The notes under the pieces: generated by a model | Told to the model about the DNA's origin: nothing | Databases searched by the model: none | What the model saw: the letters and a program-made list of their open reading frames with translations, nothing else | Part shown: positions 14,630-28,468 of the stretch, piece by piece | How the letters are laid out: each line of letters opens with the position of its first letter | Position numbering within the stretch: position 1 is the first letter of the stretch | Position numbers and translations under genes: made by a program | NCBI GenBank assembly: GCA_964016885.1 | Contig: OZ024746.1 | Coordinates: 91,512,001-91,576,000 of the forward strand | Direction of reading: 5' to 3' | From: Eledone cirrhosa | Taxonomy: Eukaryota | Length of the DNA: 64,000 nucleotides

Positions 14630-15310
14630 CAGGTCTTTCTCAGCATGGCATCTCTCCACTCATTGCATTCCTTTGTCATCTCCTCTGTCAGTCTTAGTGA
14701 TTTAAGATCCGCTCTCACAACCTCTGCCCAGGTCTTTCTTGCAACTTCCTTCCACTGAGATTTCCTGGCACTTCTTCATGCAGCAATCATTGTCCAAGCA
14801 CATCACATGTCCATACCAATGCAATCTTCTCCCTACCACCTTAGATTTCTCTTAAACCCAGGTTCTCCCTCAACCCGTGCAAGCTCTGCCTCTCTCTCAC
14901 ACTTACATTGCACATCCAACGAAACATGGTTGCTTCATTTCTCTCCAGTCTATGCATGTCCTCTGCAGTCACTGCCCATGTTTCACTAACATGCAGCCTT
15001 GAATTTTGCACACAGACATCATACAGTCATCCTTTTGTATGTAGGGAGAAACCTTTTGAGGTCAACAGTGGGAGTAGCTCTCTAAACTTTTTCCACCTTA
15101 TCTTTATTCTAACTATTATGCTCTTAGAACACCCTCCTCTATTGCTAATTAAGTCGCCTAGATAGCAGAAGCTATCAACCACTTCTATGGATCTTTCCTG
15201 TGATTGGAATACGTTTACCAGTTCCCTCCTCTCTAGCAGCTCTAGAATTTCACCCAATTTACCTTTCAGCATGCCAACATTGAGTGTGGCAGTCCTCAGT
15301 TTTGTACTTT
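14630..15310 (-). mobile_element. Internally deleted RTE LINE
   Basis: LRTATLNVGMLKGK..EILELLERR (endonuclease start) is fused to EVVDSFCYLGDLIS..WKKFRELLPLL (RT thumb). Confidence 0.75.
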
Positions 15311-15589
15311 GCCAGTTGTTATTTCTTTGAGTAGAAGTTCTATGTATCTGAAAGGGAAAAGAGTGGCATGGAATTTGGACAGATACACTGCCAATAGTGG
15401 CTGCAACTGTATGCACATGACTCTCAACAATTTTCAGCCAACTAGTAGGTATGTGTATACCTTTAGCCCTTTAGTTACCAACTGGGCCAAAACCAGCTCT
15501 GGTTCTATGAAATAAAACCACATATTTTAATGGTTTCTCATTTACATTAAAATCTTCCAACATAATTTTATATCAGAACCTTACATTAA

Positions 15590-15785
15590 CCCTTTAGCAT
15601 TTACATTACTCTATATATACTATTATATTTTCATGGTAAAGACTTTACCTCGCATAATATCTCACATAATATAGAATCTATGAGAACAATATCTTAACAT
15701 CAGTTTGAGTGACCAGTTACAGCCAGTTTCAACAGAAAGAGGTAGAGAATTCTGGCCGGTTTTGGGCGGTTTGATCATTAGAGAG
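15590..15785. mobile_element. piggyBac-type MITE family A
   Basis: TTAA-CCCTTTAGCATT...AGAGAG-TTAA. Confidence 0.75.
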
Positions 15786-16409
15786 TTAAGTTACTGTCTT
15801 ATTAATGAAATAATTAATAATTTTAGTAAATCCCTCAACATTCTTTCAAAATAAAACCTTCCTTTAGTTATTAACCCAGCGAAAACCAGCTCTGGTTCCA
15901 TGAAATAAAACTACACATTTGAAAGGTTTCCAATATAAATAGAAATAAGCCAAACATTTTATATAAGAACTACCAACTTTCCTCACAAGATATTGGTGAA
16001 TGTGAGGTTATAGCAGGAGACACATGTTGAAGGTGTTTTATGGTGGGATGAAGTTTGGAAACATCTGGTTGTAAAGTGAACTTCTTAATCACAGTTTTCC
16101 TGGCATCCATCTTAACTTCACAGCTTTGTCCGTCTCTACATTTGTAAACATGCTGAGTTACAGTTGACTTATTTCTAACCCACAACTGAAAGATCATTAA
16201 GAACAATGTATACATACTAGGAATTCATCTATCTAAATTGTTTATTCCATTTGTTTCTCAAACTTTTATTAAACTGCATCAATCTCATTGAAACTTTTCA
16301 TTTTTCCACTCCGGAGATTTCTAAAGGTTAGAAGAGTTAATTCTCAATGAAATCACTGAATAGATATCAACAAAAGTGTCCATCCTGATTATGGCAGGTT
16401 TCATCTTCA

Positions 16410-16882
16410 CCCCCACCACCATCATCATCATAACCATAACCCCCATCACCATCATCATCATAACCACCATCATAACCATAACCACCATCATAACCATAAC
16501 CATCATCACCACCACCACCACCATCATGACCATCCCATCATCATCATAACCATCATCACCATCATCATAACCATCACCACCACCATCACCACCATCATCA
16601 TCACCATCACCACCACCACCATCATCATCATCACCACCACCACCATCACTACCACCACCATCACCATCACTACCACCACCATCACTACAACCACCACCAC
16701 CACCACCATCATCATCACCATCATCATCATAACCATCATCACCATCATCACAACCATCACCACCACCACCATCATCACCACCACCATCACCACGACCACC
16801 ACCACCATCATCATCATCACCACCATCACCACCACCATGACTATCACCACCATCAGCACCATCACCACCACCACCACCATCA
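16410..16882. repeat. (CAC/CAT)n trinucleotide tract
   Basis: Direct reading. Similar tracts at 25085-25385, 30181-30480 and 38704-39125. Confidence 0.95.
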
Positions 16883-16998
16883 TATGTTTGTATTTCTATG
16901 TTGTCTTGGGTAGGTAGGATGGCTGGTAATCCTTTTGTCTCATCTCACACACTGCAACAAATGTATGTGTGTATGTATGTATGTATGTATATGTATCA

Positions 16999-17558
16999 TG
17001 TATCCCAGTACAACCTGTCTCATGGTCGGGTCGTTGGCGACTAAACTGGCAACCCCATCAAGGTTTCTTGGTGAGGAGGGTGACTTTGGACGTCCTGCAA
17101 GACTAAAAATAAAACCTGTCAAAGGGAAAAGGAGCTCTTAAGAGTCAATGGCCATCCAAAATCACCGGGAGATATGACCCCTTAGCCTTTGTCAAGGCAG
17201 AATTCTAGGAGAAGGAAAACTCTGATATAACACCTGCAACCCTGATGGTATCCAATGATGTTGACTTGTTCTTCTTTTTGGTAAATATCATCTTGGTTAA
17301 GAGAGTGGGACTGGCTTTGTGCAGTGCCTTTGCTCACTATAAAAGCTTCACGGCACAGGCATTGCTTTATATCTGGAGATCTCTCTGTACTTGTCGTCAC
17401 ATGGTACCATGGGCCCAGCACTATGTGTCAATAATTGTCACAAGTGTAGTGTTTGTACCAGAGTTTTCAAGTCGCTGGCTGGACTAAAAAGTCACACTCG
17501 TTCAGCGCATCGATATAAAGTAGTGGCCATACTCGAAAACGAGTTGGCAGCCACCATG
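16999..17558 (+). mobile_element. Second copy of the RTE-derived non-autonomous element
   Basis: Colinear with 12689-13268; CSVCTRVFKSLAGLKSHTRSAH relic. Confidence 0.7.
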
Positions 17559-17929
17559 TATATATGTATGTATGTGTAAGCATGTGTGTGTATGTATGTT
17601 TGCGTGTATGTATGTATGTATGTATGTATGCGTGTATGTATGTGTGTATGTATATGTATGTATGCATGTGTGTATATGTATGTATGCATGTGTATATGTA
17701 TGTGTGTGCGTGTATGTACATATGTATATATGTATGTATCTATATATGTATGTATAGGTATGTATGTGTATATATGTATGTATGTATATGTATGTGTGTA
17801 TGTATGTATATGTATGTATGTATATGTATGTATGTGGTGTTCTTGTTGTTACTGTAATGTTGTTATTGTGATGCTGCTGTTGTTACTGTAATGGTGGTGT
17901 TGTCATATTCTGTTATCCCTATTTTCCAG

Positions 17930-18046
17930 TGTATCCAACATGTACACCCAACCAGTTTACCTGTACAAACCACAAATGTATTCGGAAAAATTGGTTGTGT
18001 GATGGTGATGATGATTGTGGTGACAAGAGTGATGAACTGAACTGCC
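17930..18046 (+). CDS. LRP4: Internal coding exon, one complete LDL-receptor class A repeat (LRP4-like lipoprotein receptor)
   Basis: Acceptor ttttccAG and donor GTgagt. 117 bp, phase 1-1. Translates [38 protein letters not shown], with six Cys and the CDGxxDCxDxSDE motif. Together with the next exon it resembles, from recall, vertebrate LRP4 LPTC..CIRRSWVCDGDNDC.DDSDEQDCPPRECEEDEF. The gene symbol is less certain than the exon. Confidence 0.88.
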
Positions 18047-18228
18047 GTGAGTAACTCAAACATTTTTATTTCAAAAACAAAAATATTTGAAAAGAAGGGA
18101 CAATTGTTTTCTCTAATTTTACTTCTTCTTTAATGTGAAATATCTTGTGTCAGTATTACACCAATAATACACCAACTACATCATGGCAGAGTCTTTGTAG
18201 CAGAGTTGTTGTTTTCTTCTTCTTCTTC

Positions 18229-18261
<33 letters not shown>

Positions 18262-18357
18262 TTATTCTTCTTCTTCGTCTTCTTCTTCGTCGTCTTCTTC
18301 TTCTTCTTCTTCTTTGCCTTCTTCTTTGCCTTCTTCTCCTCCTCCACCTCCTCCTCT

Positions 18358-18830
18358 TCCAAGGAAGACCAACCAACCTCAGGGATGTTATTCAACTATC
18401 TTGCTCAGGGTCTACCTCTGGCTCACTGCCAGTTGGTTTTACCCATAAAATCTGTCCAGTAAATCTGTTCCTGAGACATTCGAACCACATGTCCATGGTA
18501 CCGAAGCTATGGTCTCTCAATCCAGAGAAGTAGTGTCTCTACCTGGAGTGACTCTCAGATCACCAAACTACCCACTCTATCAAGTAATGATACTCCAAAG
18601 AGCATTAGAAGGAACCCCATTTTGGCCACTTGTATTCGCCATCATATTCGTTTGGTCATTACCCAAGATTCATGACCCTAGGTAAGGCTTGGCATGAATA
18701 CTTAATAGAAGATAGCAAGTTTTGGCTTTTACACCTACCTCCCTTCTTCTGATTACTGAATGTTGAAGCTGGCACATTACTGCACCAACTCCTGTAATTC
18801 TTGCACTTAATTCTGTCTCCTGCTTTCCAT
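18358..18830 (-). mobile_element. Degenerate RTE-type LINE fragment (second family); related piece at ~59985-60260 (+)
   Basis: Minus-strand relics GHESWVMT, LRYHGHVVRMSQE and RGRP, with stops. Confidence 0.65.
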
Positions 18831-19379
18831 ATATGGTAGCTTTAAAAAAAAAGTAGAAACAAAACAAAAAGTGTTAAATTTTACATTTACCATTTGTTGG
18901 TATCAAAAATGACTTCTACATTCTAATTACTTTAGTTTCAACACATTGTCTCAGATCAGAGAATATTCCAGACAAATAGTTTCAGAGGAATATTAGATAA
19001 TATCTGATATTGACACAAGCCCAGCCCTTGTTTAGAGGGGGGGGGGCATATTTATCTTTTACACGCTGTCATATTGCAACAATAGAGTAACCTCCCTTTA
19101 ATATAGCAGCAGGGGAAGGAATTCATTAAAATTTCTAGCATGCTGAAGGTTAACTTGACATCCAACTACATCCCTTGTATTTATTTTATCAATGTCTCTC
19201 CTGGACGGAGAATCTATATCTTAGATGGATCTTTACTCAGAACCTAGATTAGAATTTCAATTTTAAAAATCAGTTAACAAAAGTTGAAGAAAATATTTTA
19301 ATATATTTTTCAGTCCTTAATTTATTTGAAAATATAATTCATCTCAGTATTATAACTTCTTCATATTTTCATTGCTGAC

Positions 19380-22300
19380 ATCATCATCATCATCATCACC
19401 ATTTAATGTCTAATTTTCCATGCTAGCATGGGTTGGACAAGTTGTCCTGTTGTGAGACAAGTCAGGTCAGTGACCATATCCTGCTCATACAGAACTGTTT
19501 CTGGTTTGGTTTGTGCAGCTGGATGCCCTTCCCAATGCCAATTACATTTACAGTGTGTACTGGGTACTTTTTACCATGATACTAGCACAACCACTTTACA
19601 GTGTGTACTGGGTACTTTTTACCATGATACTAGCACAACCACTTTACAGTGTGTACTAGGTACTTTTTACCATGATACTAGCACAACCACTTTACAGTGT
19701 CCTGGGTACTTTTTACCATGATACTAGCACAACCACTTTACAGTGTACTGGGTACTTTTTACCATGATTCCAACACAACCACTTTACAGTGTCCTGGGTA
19801 CTTTTTACCATGATACTAGCACAACCACTTTACAGTGTACTGGGTACTTTTTACCATGATTCCAACACAACCACTTTACAGTGTCCTGGGTACTTTTTAC
19901 CATGATACTAGCACAACCACTTTACAGTGTACTGGGTACTTTTTACCATGATTCCAACACAACCACTTTACAGTGTCCTGGGTACTTTTTACCATGATAC
20001 CAACACAACCACTTTACAGTGTCCTGGGTACTTTTTACCATGATACTAGAACAACCACTTTACAGTGTCCTGGGTACTTTTTACCAAGATACCAACACAA
20101 CCACTTTACAGTGTCCTGGGTACTTTTTACCATGATACTAGCACAACCACTTTACAGTGCCCTGGGTACATTGTACCATGATACTAGCACAACCACTTTA
20201 CAGTGCCCTGGGTACATTTTACCATGATACTAGAACAACCACTTTACAGTGTCCTGGGTACTTTTTACCATGATACTAGCACAACCACTTTACAGTGTCC
20301 TGGGTACATTTTACCATGATACTAGCACAACCACTTTACAGTGTCCTGGGTACTTTTTACCATGATACTAGCACAACCACTTTACAGTGCCCTGGGTACA
20401 TTGTACCATGATACTAGCACAACCACTTTACAGTGCCCTGGGTACATTTTACCATGATACTAGAACAACCACTTTACAGTGTCCTGGGTACTTTTTACCA
20501 TGATTCCAACACAACCACTTTACAGTGTCCTGGGTACATTTTACCATGATACTAGCACAACCACTTTACAGTGTCCTGGGTACTTTTTACCATGATGCCA
20601 ACACAACCACTTTACAGTGTCCTGGGTACTTTTTACCATGATACTAGCACAACCACTTTACAGTGCCCTGGGTACTTTTTACCATGATACTAGCATAACC
20701 ACTTTACAGTAACCTGGGTACTTTTTACCATGATACCAACACAACCACTTTACAGTGTCCTGGGTACTTTTTACCATGATGCCAACACAACCACTTTACA
20801 GTGTCCTGGGTACTTTTTACCATGATACTAGCACAACCACTTTACAGTGTACTGGGTACTTTTTACCATGATGCCAACACAACCACTTTACAGTGTCCTG
20901 GGTACTTTTTACCATGATACTAGCACAACCACTTTACAGTGTCCTGGGTACTTTTTACCATGATACTAGCACAACCACTTTACAGTGTACTGGGTACTTT
21001 TTACCATGATTCCAACACAACCACTTTACAGTGTCCTGGGTACTTTTTACCATGATACTAGCACAACCACTTTACAGTGTCCTGGGTACTTTTTACCATG
21101 ATACTAGCACAACCACTTTACAGTGTCCTGGGTACATTTTACCATGATGCCAACACAACCACTTTACAGTGTCCTGGGTACTTTTTACCATGATACTAGC
21201 ACAACCACTTTACAGTGTCCTGGGTACTTTTTACCATGATACTAGCACAACCACTTTACAGTGTCCTGGGTACATTTTACCATGATGCCAACACAACCAC
21301 TTTACAGTGTCCTGGGTACTTTTTACCATGATGCCAACACAACCACTTTACAGTGCCCTGGGTACTTTTTACCATGATACTAGAACAACCACTTTACAGT
21401 GTCCTGGGTACTTTTTACCATGATGCCAACACAACCACTTTACAGTGCCCTGGGTACTTTTTACCATGATACTAGAACAACCACTTTACAGTGTCCTGGG
21501 TACTTTTTACCATGATACTAGCACAACCACTTTACAGTGTACTGGGTACTTTTTACCATGATGCCAACACAACCACTTTACAGTGTACTGGGTACTTTTT
21601 ACCATGATACTAGAACAACCACTTTAGAGTGTACTGGGTACTTTTTACCATGATACTAGCACAACCACTTTACAGTGCCCTGGGTACATTTTACCATGAT
21701 ACTAGAACAACCACTTTACAGTGTCCTGGGTACTTTTTACCATGATGCCAACACAACCACTTTACAGTGTCCTGGGTACTTTTTACCATGATACTAGCAC
21801 AACCACTTTACAGTGCCCTGGGTACTTTTTACCATGATACTAGCACAACCACTTTACAGTGTCCTGGGTACTTTTTACCATGATACTAGCACAACCACTT
21901 TACAGTGTCCTGGGTACTTTTTACCATGATACTAGAACAACCACTTTACAGTGTCCTGGGTACATTTTACCATGATACTAGAACAACCACTTTACAGTGT
22001 CCTGGGTACTTTTTACCATGATACTAGCACAACCACTTTACAGTGTCCTGGGTACTTTTTACCATGATACTAGCACAACCACTTTACAGTGTCCTGGGTA
22101 CATTTTACCATGATTCTAGCACAACCACTTTAGAGTGTACTGGGTACTTTTTACCATGATACTAGCACAACCACTTTACAGTGTCCTGGGTACTTTTTAC
22201 CATGATACTAGAACAACCACTTTACAGTGTCCTGGGTACATTTTACCATGATACTAGAACAACCACTTTACAGTGTCCTGGGTACTTTTTACCATGATAC

Positions 22301-23370
22301 TAGCACAACCACTTTACAGTGTCCTGGGTACTTTTTACCATGATACTAGAACAACCACTTTACAGTGTCCTGGGTACTTTTTACCATTATACTAGCACAA
22401 CCACTTTACAGTAACCTGGGTACTTTTTACCATGATGCCAACACAACCACTTTACAGTGTGTACTAGGTACTTTTTACCATGATACTAGCACAACCACTT
22501 TACAGTGTACTGGGTACTTTTTACCATGATACTAGCACAACCACTTTACAGTAACCTGGGTACTTTTTACCATGATGCCAACACAACCACTTTACAGTGT
22601 ACTGGGTACTTTTTACCATGATACTAGCACAACCACTTTACAGTAACCTGAGTACTTTTTACCATGATACTAGCACAACCACTTTACAGTAACCTGGGTA
22701 CTTTTTACCATGATGCCAACACAACCACTTTACAGTGTACTGGGTACTTTTTACCATGATACTAGCACAACCACTTTACAGTAACCTGGGTACTTTTTAC
22801 CATGATGCCAACACAACCACTTTACAGTGTACTGGGTACTTTTTACCATGATACTAGCACAACCACTTTACAGTAACCTGGGTACTTTTTACCATGATGC
22901 CAACACAACCACTTTACAGTGTCCTGGGTACTTTTTACCATGATACTAGCACAACCACTTTACAGTGTCCTGGGTACTTTTTACCATGATACTAGCACAA
23001 CCACTTTACAGTGTCCTGGGTACTTTTTACCATGATACTAGCACAACCACTTTACAGTGTCCTGGGTACTTTTTACCATGATACTAGCACAACCACTTTA
23101 CAGTAACCTGGGTACTTTTTACCATGATGCCAACACAACCACTTTACAGTGTACTGGGTACTTTTTACCATGATACTAGCACAACCACTTTACAGTGTCC
23201 TGGGTACTTTTTACCATGATACTAGAACAACCACTTTACAGTGTCCTGGGTACTTTTTACCATGATACTAGCACAACCACTTTACAGTGTCCTGGGTACT
23301 TTTTACCATGATACTAGCACAACCACTTTACAGTGTCCTGGGTACTTTTTACCATGATACCAACACAACC
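19380..23370. repeat. 46-bp minisatellite (~80 copies) expanded inside an RTE 3' UTR
   Basis: (CAT)n tail and UTR at 19380-19545, then unit ccactttacagtgtcctgggtactttttaccatgatactagcacaa. Confidence 0.95.
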
Positions 23371-24400
23371 ACTTTACAGTGTAGGCTGGATACTTGTTGT
23401 GACACCTACCTCACCACTTTACAGTGTAGGCTGGGTACTTGTTGTGACACCTACATCACCACTGTACAGTGTAGGCTGGGTACTTGTTGTGACACATACC
23501 TCACCACTGTACTGTGTAGGCTGGGTACTTGTTGTGACACCTACATCACCACTGTACAGTGTAGGCTGGATACTTGTTGTGACACCTACCTCACCACTTT
23601 ACAGTGTAGGCTGGGTACTTGTTGTGACACCTACATCACCACTGTACAGTGTAGGCTGGGTACTTGTTGTGACACATACCTCACCACTGTACTGTGTAGG
23701 CTGGGTACTTGTTGTGACACCTACATCACCACTGTACAGTGTAGGCTGGGTACTTGTTGTGACACATACCTCACCACTTTACAGTGTAGGCTGGGTACTT
23801 GTTGTGACACCTACATCACCACTGTACAGTGTAGGCTGGGTACTTGTTGTGACACCTACATCACCACTTTACAGTGTAGGCTGGGTACTTGTTGTGACAC
23901 CTACCTCACCACTTTACAGTGTAGGCTGGGTACTTGTTATGACACCTACATCACCACTGTACAGTGTAGGCTGGGTACTTGTTGTGACACCTACCTCACC
24001 ACTGTACTGTGTAGGCTGGGTACTTGTTGTGACACCTACATCACCACTTTACAGTGTGGGCTGGGTACTTGTTGTGACACCTACCTCACCACTTTACAGT
24101 GTAGGCTGGGTACTTGTTGTGACACCTACATCACCACTGTACAGTGTAGGCTGGGTACTTGTTGTGACACCTACCTCACCACTTTACAGTGTAGGCTGGG
24201 TACTTGTTGTGACACATACCTCACCACTGTACAGTGTAGGCTGGGTACTTGTTGTGACACCTACATCACCACTTTACAGTGTAGACTAGGTACTTGTAAC
24301 ACCTACCTCACCACTTTACAGTGTAGACTGAGTACTTGTGTCACCTACACAACCACTGTACAGTGTGGGCTGGGTACTTGTTGTGACACCTACCTCACCA
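23371..24400. repeat. 45-bp minisatellite (~22 copies), second internal repeat of the same UTR
   Basis: Unit gacacctacctcaccactttacagtgtaggctgggtacttgttgt. Confidence 0.95.
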
Positions 24401-24423
24401 TACTACATCAGTATACTACATCA

Positions 24424-24834
24424 GAACATTGTATGTGTTATTTGAACACTTTATGTGCTATTTGAACACTGTATGTGCTATTTGAACACATTGTATTGAA
24501 CACTGTATGTGTTATTTGAACACATTGTATGTGTTATTTGAACACATTGTATGTGTTATTTGAACACATTGTATGTGTTATTTGAACACATTGTATGTGT
24601 TATTTGAACACTTTATGTGTTATTTGAACACTTTATGTGTTATTTGAACACTGTATGTGTTATTTGAACACTGTATGTTATTTTAACACAGTATGTGTTA
24701 TTTGAACATTATATGTGTTATTTGAACATTGTATGTGTTATTTGAACACACTGTATGTGTTATTTGAACAACACTGTATGTGTTATTTGAACACACTATG
24801 TGTTATTTGAACACACTGTATGTGTTATTTGAAT
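24424..24834. repeat. ~20-23-bp minisatellite
   Basis: Unit gaacacattgtatgtgttattt. Confidence 0.9.
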
Positions 24835-26193
24835 GTCATTTTAGGGCTGAAGTATTGAACATATGTTGAATTTCTTTTTAATATGCATTCCTCACCCACA
24901 ACACACTTTGTTTGGTACCAATTTCTGGTGTACTAAACAATAAGTAGGTTACTACGTTGGTAACAAATAATTACGTATCAAACAACAAATACTAAATCAT
25001 AGCAAATAATAAGTTTTGTGGCATTTCTTAAACAATTGATATATTTCCTTGTTTTAGGTTAATCAGAACAGAGTGTTCTTTAAACACCAGCACCATACCA
25101 CCACCATTGCCACCATCAACACCACCTTTGATACTATCACCACTACCATAACACCAGCACCATACCACCACCATACTACCACTACCATACCACCACCACC
25201 ATACCACCACTACCATATCACCACCACCACCACCATATCACCACCACCACCACCATATCACCACCACCATACCACCACCGCACCATCACCACCATATCAC
25301 CACAACCATACCACCACTACCATACCACCACCACACCACCACCACCACCACCACCATACCACCACCACACCACCACCACCACCACCCTGCAGGACAACTC
25401 ATTTAATCCATGCTAGTATAGAACAAATGAACTTTAAACAGTGATGATGATTAATCCTTGTGATATGAAATCATTTGAAACTAACTCTGGCTCTATGATA
25501 CATAACTGTTTAAAATGTTTATACAGGGTGTCTCAAAGTTATCTATTTTGCTGTACTTATTGGCCTTGCAATCGAAAGGTTGTGAGTTCAATTCTCAGAC
25601 CGGGTGACACTTTATTTCACATTGCTCCAGTTTACTCAGCTGTAGAAGTGAGATGATAGGGACCCCAGTCCCTATCATTCCACTGCAAAGTGATTGTGGA
25701 GGTGCCACGACAAAAAAGCACCCAGCCTACACTGTAAAAGTGGACATGTAGGCGCCACGGAAAGAAAGAACCCAGCACTCACTGTAAATGAGGTTGGTGT
25801 TAGGAAGGGCATCCAGCTGTAGAAATCAAGCCAGAATCAGTTCCCATCCCACCCTTGCAAGCAGGGAAAAGTGGACGTAAAATGATGATGATGATTATTG
25901 CTATTCAAAATAGATTGTGATTTTGAGATGCTCTGTAAATTTCTAAAAACTTTCCACCATGATTTTTATGCAAAAACCTTCATTAAATTATGTTGCAAAC
26001 ATCAACTGAATAATGAGGAACTTACATTACTAAATTTCTCTGAATTCTTGATTATTTTCAAAACAATAAAAAAAATTGTAGGCTGTGTTTTTCATGAGAA
26101 ATATAGTGATGAAAGGGTTAAGAGAGGCATTGTTCATAACCCATAAACGGAGACACTGAGTGGGTTGAAGATTGAATACATGTGCCTCTTTGA

Positions 26194-26409
26194 CCCTTTA
26201 CCATTTATATTACTATATATATACTATTGTATTTTTGTAGTAAAGGCTTTACTTTACATAACTACTTCACATAACATCTATGAGATTTTGATGTTATTTA
26301 TTTTGGGAACAATACCTTAACATCAATATGAGTGGCCAGTTACAGCTGGTTTGAATAGAAAGAAGTGAGAGAATTCTGCCTGGATATGGCTGGTTTAAAT
26401 GCTAAAGGG
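26194..26409. mobile_element. piggyBac-type MITE family A
   Basis: CCCTTTA...TAAAGGG-TTAA. Confidence 0.8.
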
Positions 26410-26861
26410 TTAATAGAAAATTCACTGTTACATTATTCACAGACATCCCACTCTGTCAAATTCTCCTAATTATCAAACAAGTCACTTTTAATTGGCCAGA
26501 GAATTATCTGAATTCAATATAAAATGCCATTTCAGTTAACTTAAAGAGTATATTTAATCTTTGGTTACCATAAATTAGGAAATTTCACCACACTTATCTG
26601 TTCACATGTTTACATAGACAGCTCCCCTCTATAACATTTCTCTGTACAAGTGGCAGTGTATATCTGAGCTACAGACCTCATTTCTTTTTCTTATCAGCAC
26701 AAAACATTTTCTCTAGGAATATTATATTGCTACCCTAACTCTGAAATTTGTAAATAACAACAACAATAAAGTTATTTATTATATCAAAGTAATTAATATA
26801 TTGAAGGTGTGTTCCTTTAAATAAAGATCACAGATAGATAAGCATTATTGTAAATGTAGCA

Positions 26862-27046
26862 GGGCAGGGGATTGGCAGTATCAGTAGAAGGTCGGACGCC
26901 ATGCTTTGCAGCATAGTTACGTCCCTTTATGGTTTGAGTTCAAATCTCGCCGAGGTTAACTTTGCCTTTCATCCTTACGGGGTCGATAAAATAAAGTACC
27001 AGTAATGTACTGGGTAATTGCTGGCCTTGTGCCAATAGTAGAAACA
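26862..27046 (+). mobile_element. Full-length tRNA SINE with an 18-bp target-site duplication
   Basis: attattgtaaatgtagca at both 26844-26861 and 27047-27064; B box gagttcaaatctc. Confidence 0.88.
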
Positions 27047-27267
27047 ATTATTGTAAATGTAGCAACATTTAATTACCAATTTTAGTTCCTCCTCTTAGAG
27101 TGTTGAGAGGAATGATTGTTTATTAATTAGTGGAAAGTTCGTCGGCAGGAATGGACCTCTTTCGGTTACAACAATGACTTCCAGTTGTTTCATCAACAGA
27201 AACGCCTGCTTGTTAGGTGTAAGTGGCTGAGCATGCTACAGGCATATACTTAAACATAATTGTCAGC

Positions 27268-27712
27268 AAGATCTTTGGCGCTACGCAGTAATACAGAAAA
27301 CCTGCCTTGCCTAAGTACAAAGCGAAACCTACAGTCAGTAGGCACCTCTTAACCAAATATACACCCCCATCCTACTACCCCACCTCCCCCACCCCCATCA
27401 ACACCACCCCTTTCTCTGTAAAGTTTATGTTGGTACCACAACATCCACTCTTAAATAAATGAGGTCGTGTAGGTGTCACGACAAAAAAAAAACACAGTCC
27501 ACGTTGTAATGCGGCCATGTAGGTAACATGGTAAAAACCTCCCAGTCCACACTGTAAATGTGGTTGGTGTTAGGAAGGGCATCCAGCCATAGAAAACCTG
27601 CCAGACAGTCCCATACGAGCGAGACGACCAATCTTGCCTCAAGTGTGACAATTTCCATCTAAACCCATGCTAACGTGGAAGATAGACGTTAAACGATGAT
27701 GATGATGATGAT
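27268..27712 (+). mobile_element. RTE 3' fragment nested in an older repeat
   Basis: Matches the 70-490 family; ends aaacgatgatgatgatgatgat. Confidence 0.8.
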
Positions 27713-27879
27713 TCAGTGTGACACAGTATGTGACAAAGCCGACCCTTTGAATTACAGGTACATCAGGTGGGCTTCCAAACAATTTCTGTCTACATAATTT
27801 CACTCACAAAGTATTGGAGAACCTGAGGATGGTAAATGGCACACACAATGCTGTTCAGTAGAGTCCGAAAACCACATGG

Positions 27880-28384
27880 TTGAGAGGTGAAACAAACTTC
27901 TTAACGACAGTCATACCTGTATCTAATTATTATAATTTGTGTGAGGTGAAACAAACTTCTTAACCCTTTAGCATTCACATTACTCTCTATATACTATTAT
28001 ATTTTCATGGTAAAGGCTTTATCTCACATAATTATCTCACATAATATCGAATCTATGAGACTTTGAAAGTATTTATTTTGAGAACAATACCTTAACATCA
28101 GTTTGAGTGACCAGTTACAGCCAGTTTCAACAGAAAGAGGTAGAGAATTCTGGCCGGTTTGAACATTAAAGGGTTAACCAAAGTCATACCTGTATCTACC
28201 TCATTATAATTTGTGAGAGGTGAAACAAACTTCTTAACGACAGTCATACCTCGTTATAATTTGTGTGAGGTGAAACAAACTTCTTAACCAAAGTCATACC
28301 TGTATCTACCTCTTTATATTCTGTGTGAGGTGAAACAAACTTCTTAACAACAGTCGTACCTGTATCTACCTCGTTATAATTTGT
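27880..28384. repeat. ~50-62-bp tandem repeat with a family A MITE (27964-28173) inserted in one unit
   Basis: Unit gtgaggtgaaacaaacttcTTAAc..agtcatacctgtatcta..; the MITE duplicates that TTAA. Confidence 0.88.
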
Positions 28385-28405
28385 TTCTCTTCACCTTCTC
28401 TACAG

Positions 28406-28468
28406 CTCCCAGGAACTGCACCGAAGATGAGTTCCGGTGTGATGATGGCCGCTGTATCAAGTCTCAGT
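28406..28468 (+). CDS. LRP4: Next LDL-receptor class A exon, cut off by an assembly gap
   Basis: Polypyrimidine tract ttgtttctcttcaccttctctacAG. C (from the previous exon) + CT gives Pro, then PRNCTEDEFRCDDGRCIKSQ, in frame with exon 17930-18046. Runs into Ns at 28469. Confidence 0.88.

Noticed and set aside
15970-16215. Possible DNA transposase C-terminal relic
   Set aside because: Too short and degenerate to support by eye.
17391-17579. C2H2 zinc-finger gene
   Set aside because: Single finger inside a twice-repeated RTE-derived element; better explained as a LINE C-terminal relic.
19545-23370. CRISPR-like regular array (also 39499-41762 and 56214-57850)
   Set aside because: Head-to-tail units with no unique spacers, no cas genes, eukaryotic context.
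23287-24465. 392-aa Cys/Thr-rich repetitive ORF
   Set aside because: The 45-bp satellite unit is a multiple of three and derives from an RTE UTR; no splice or domain evidence.
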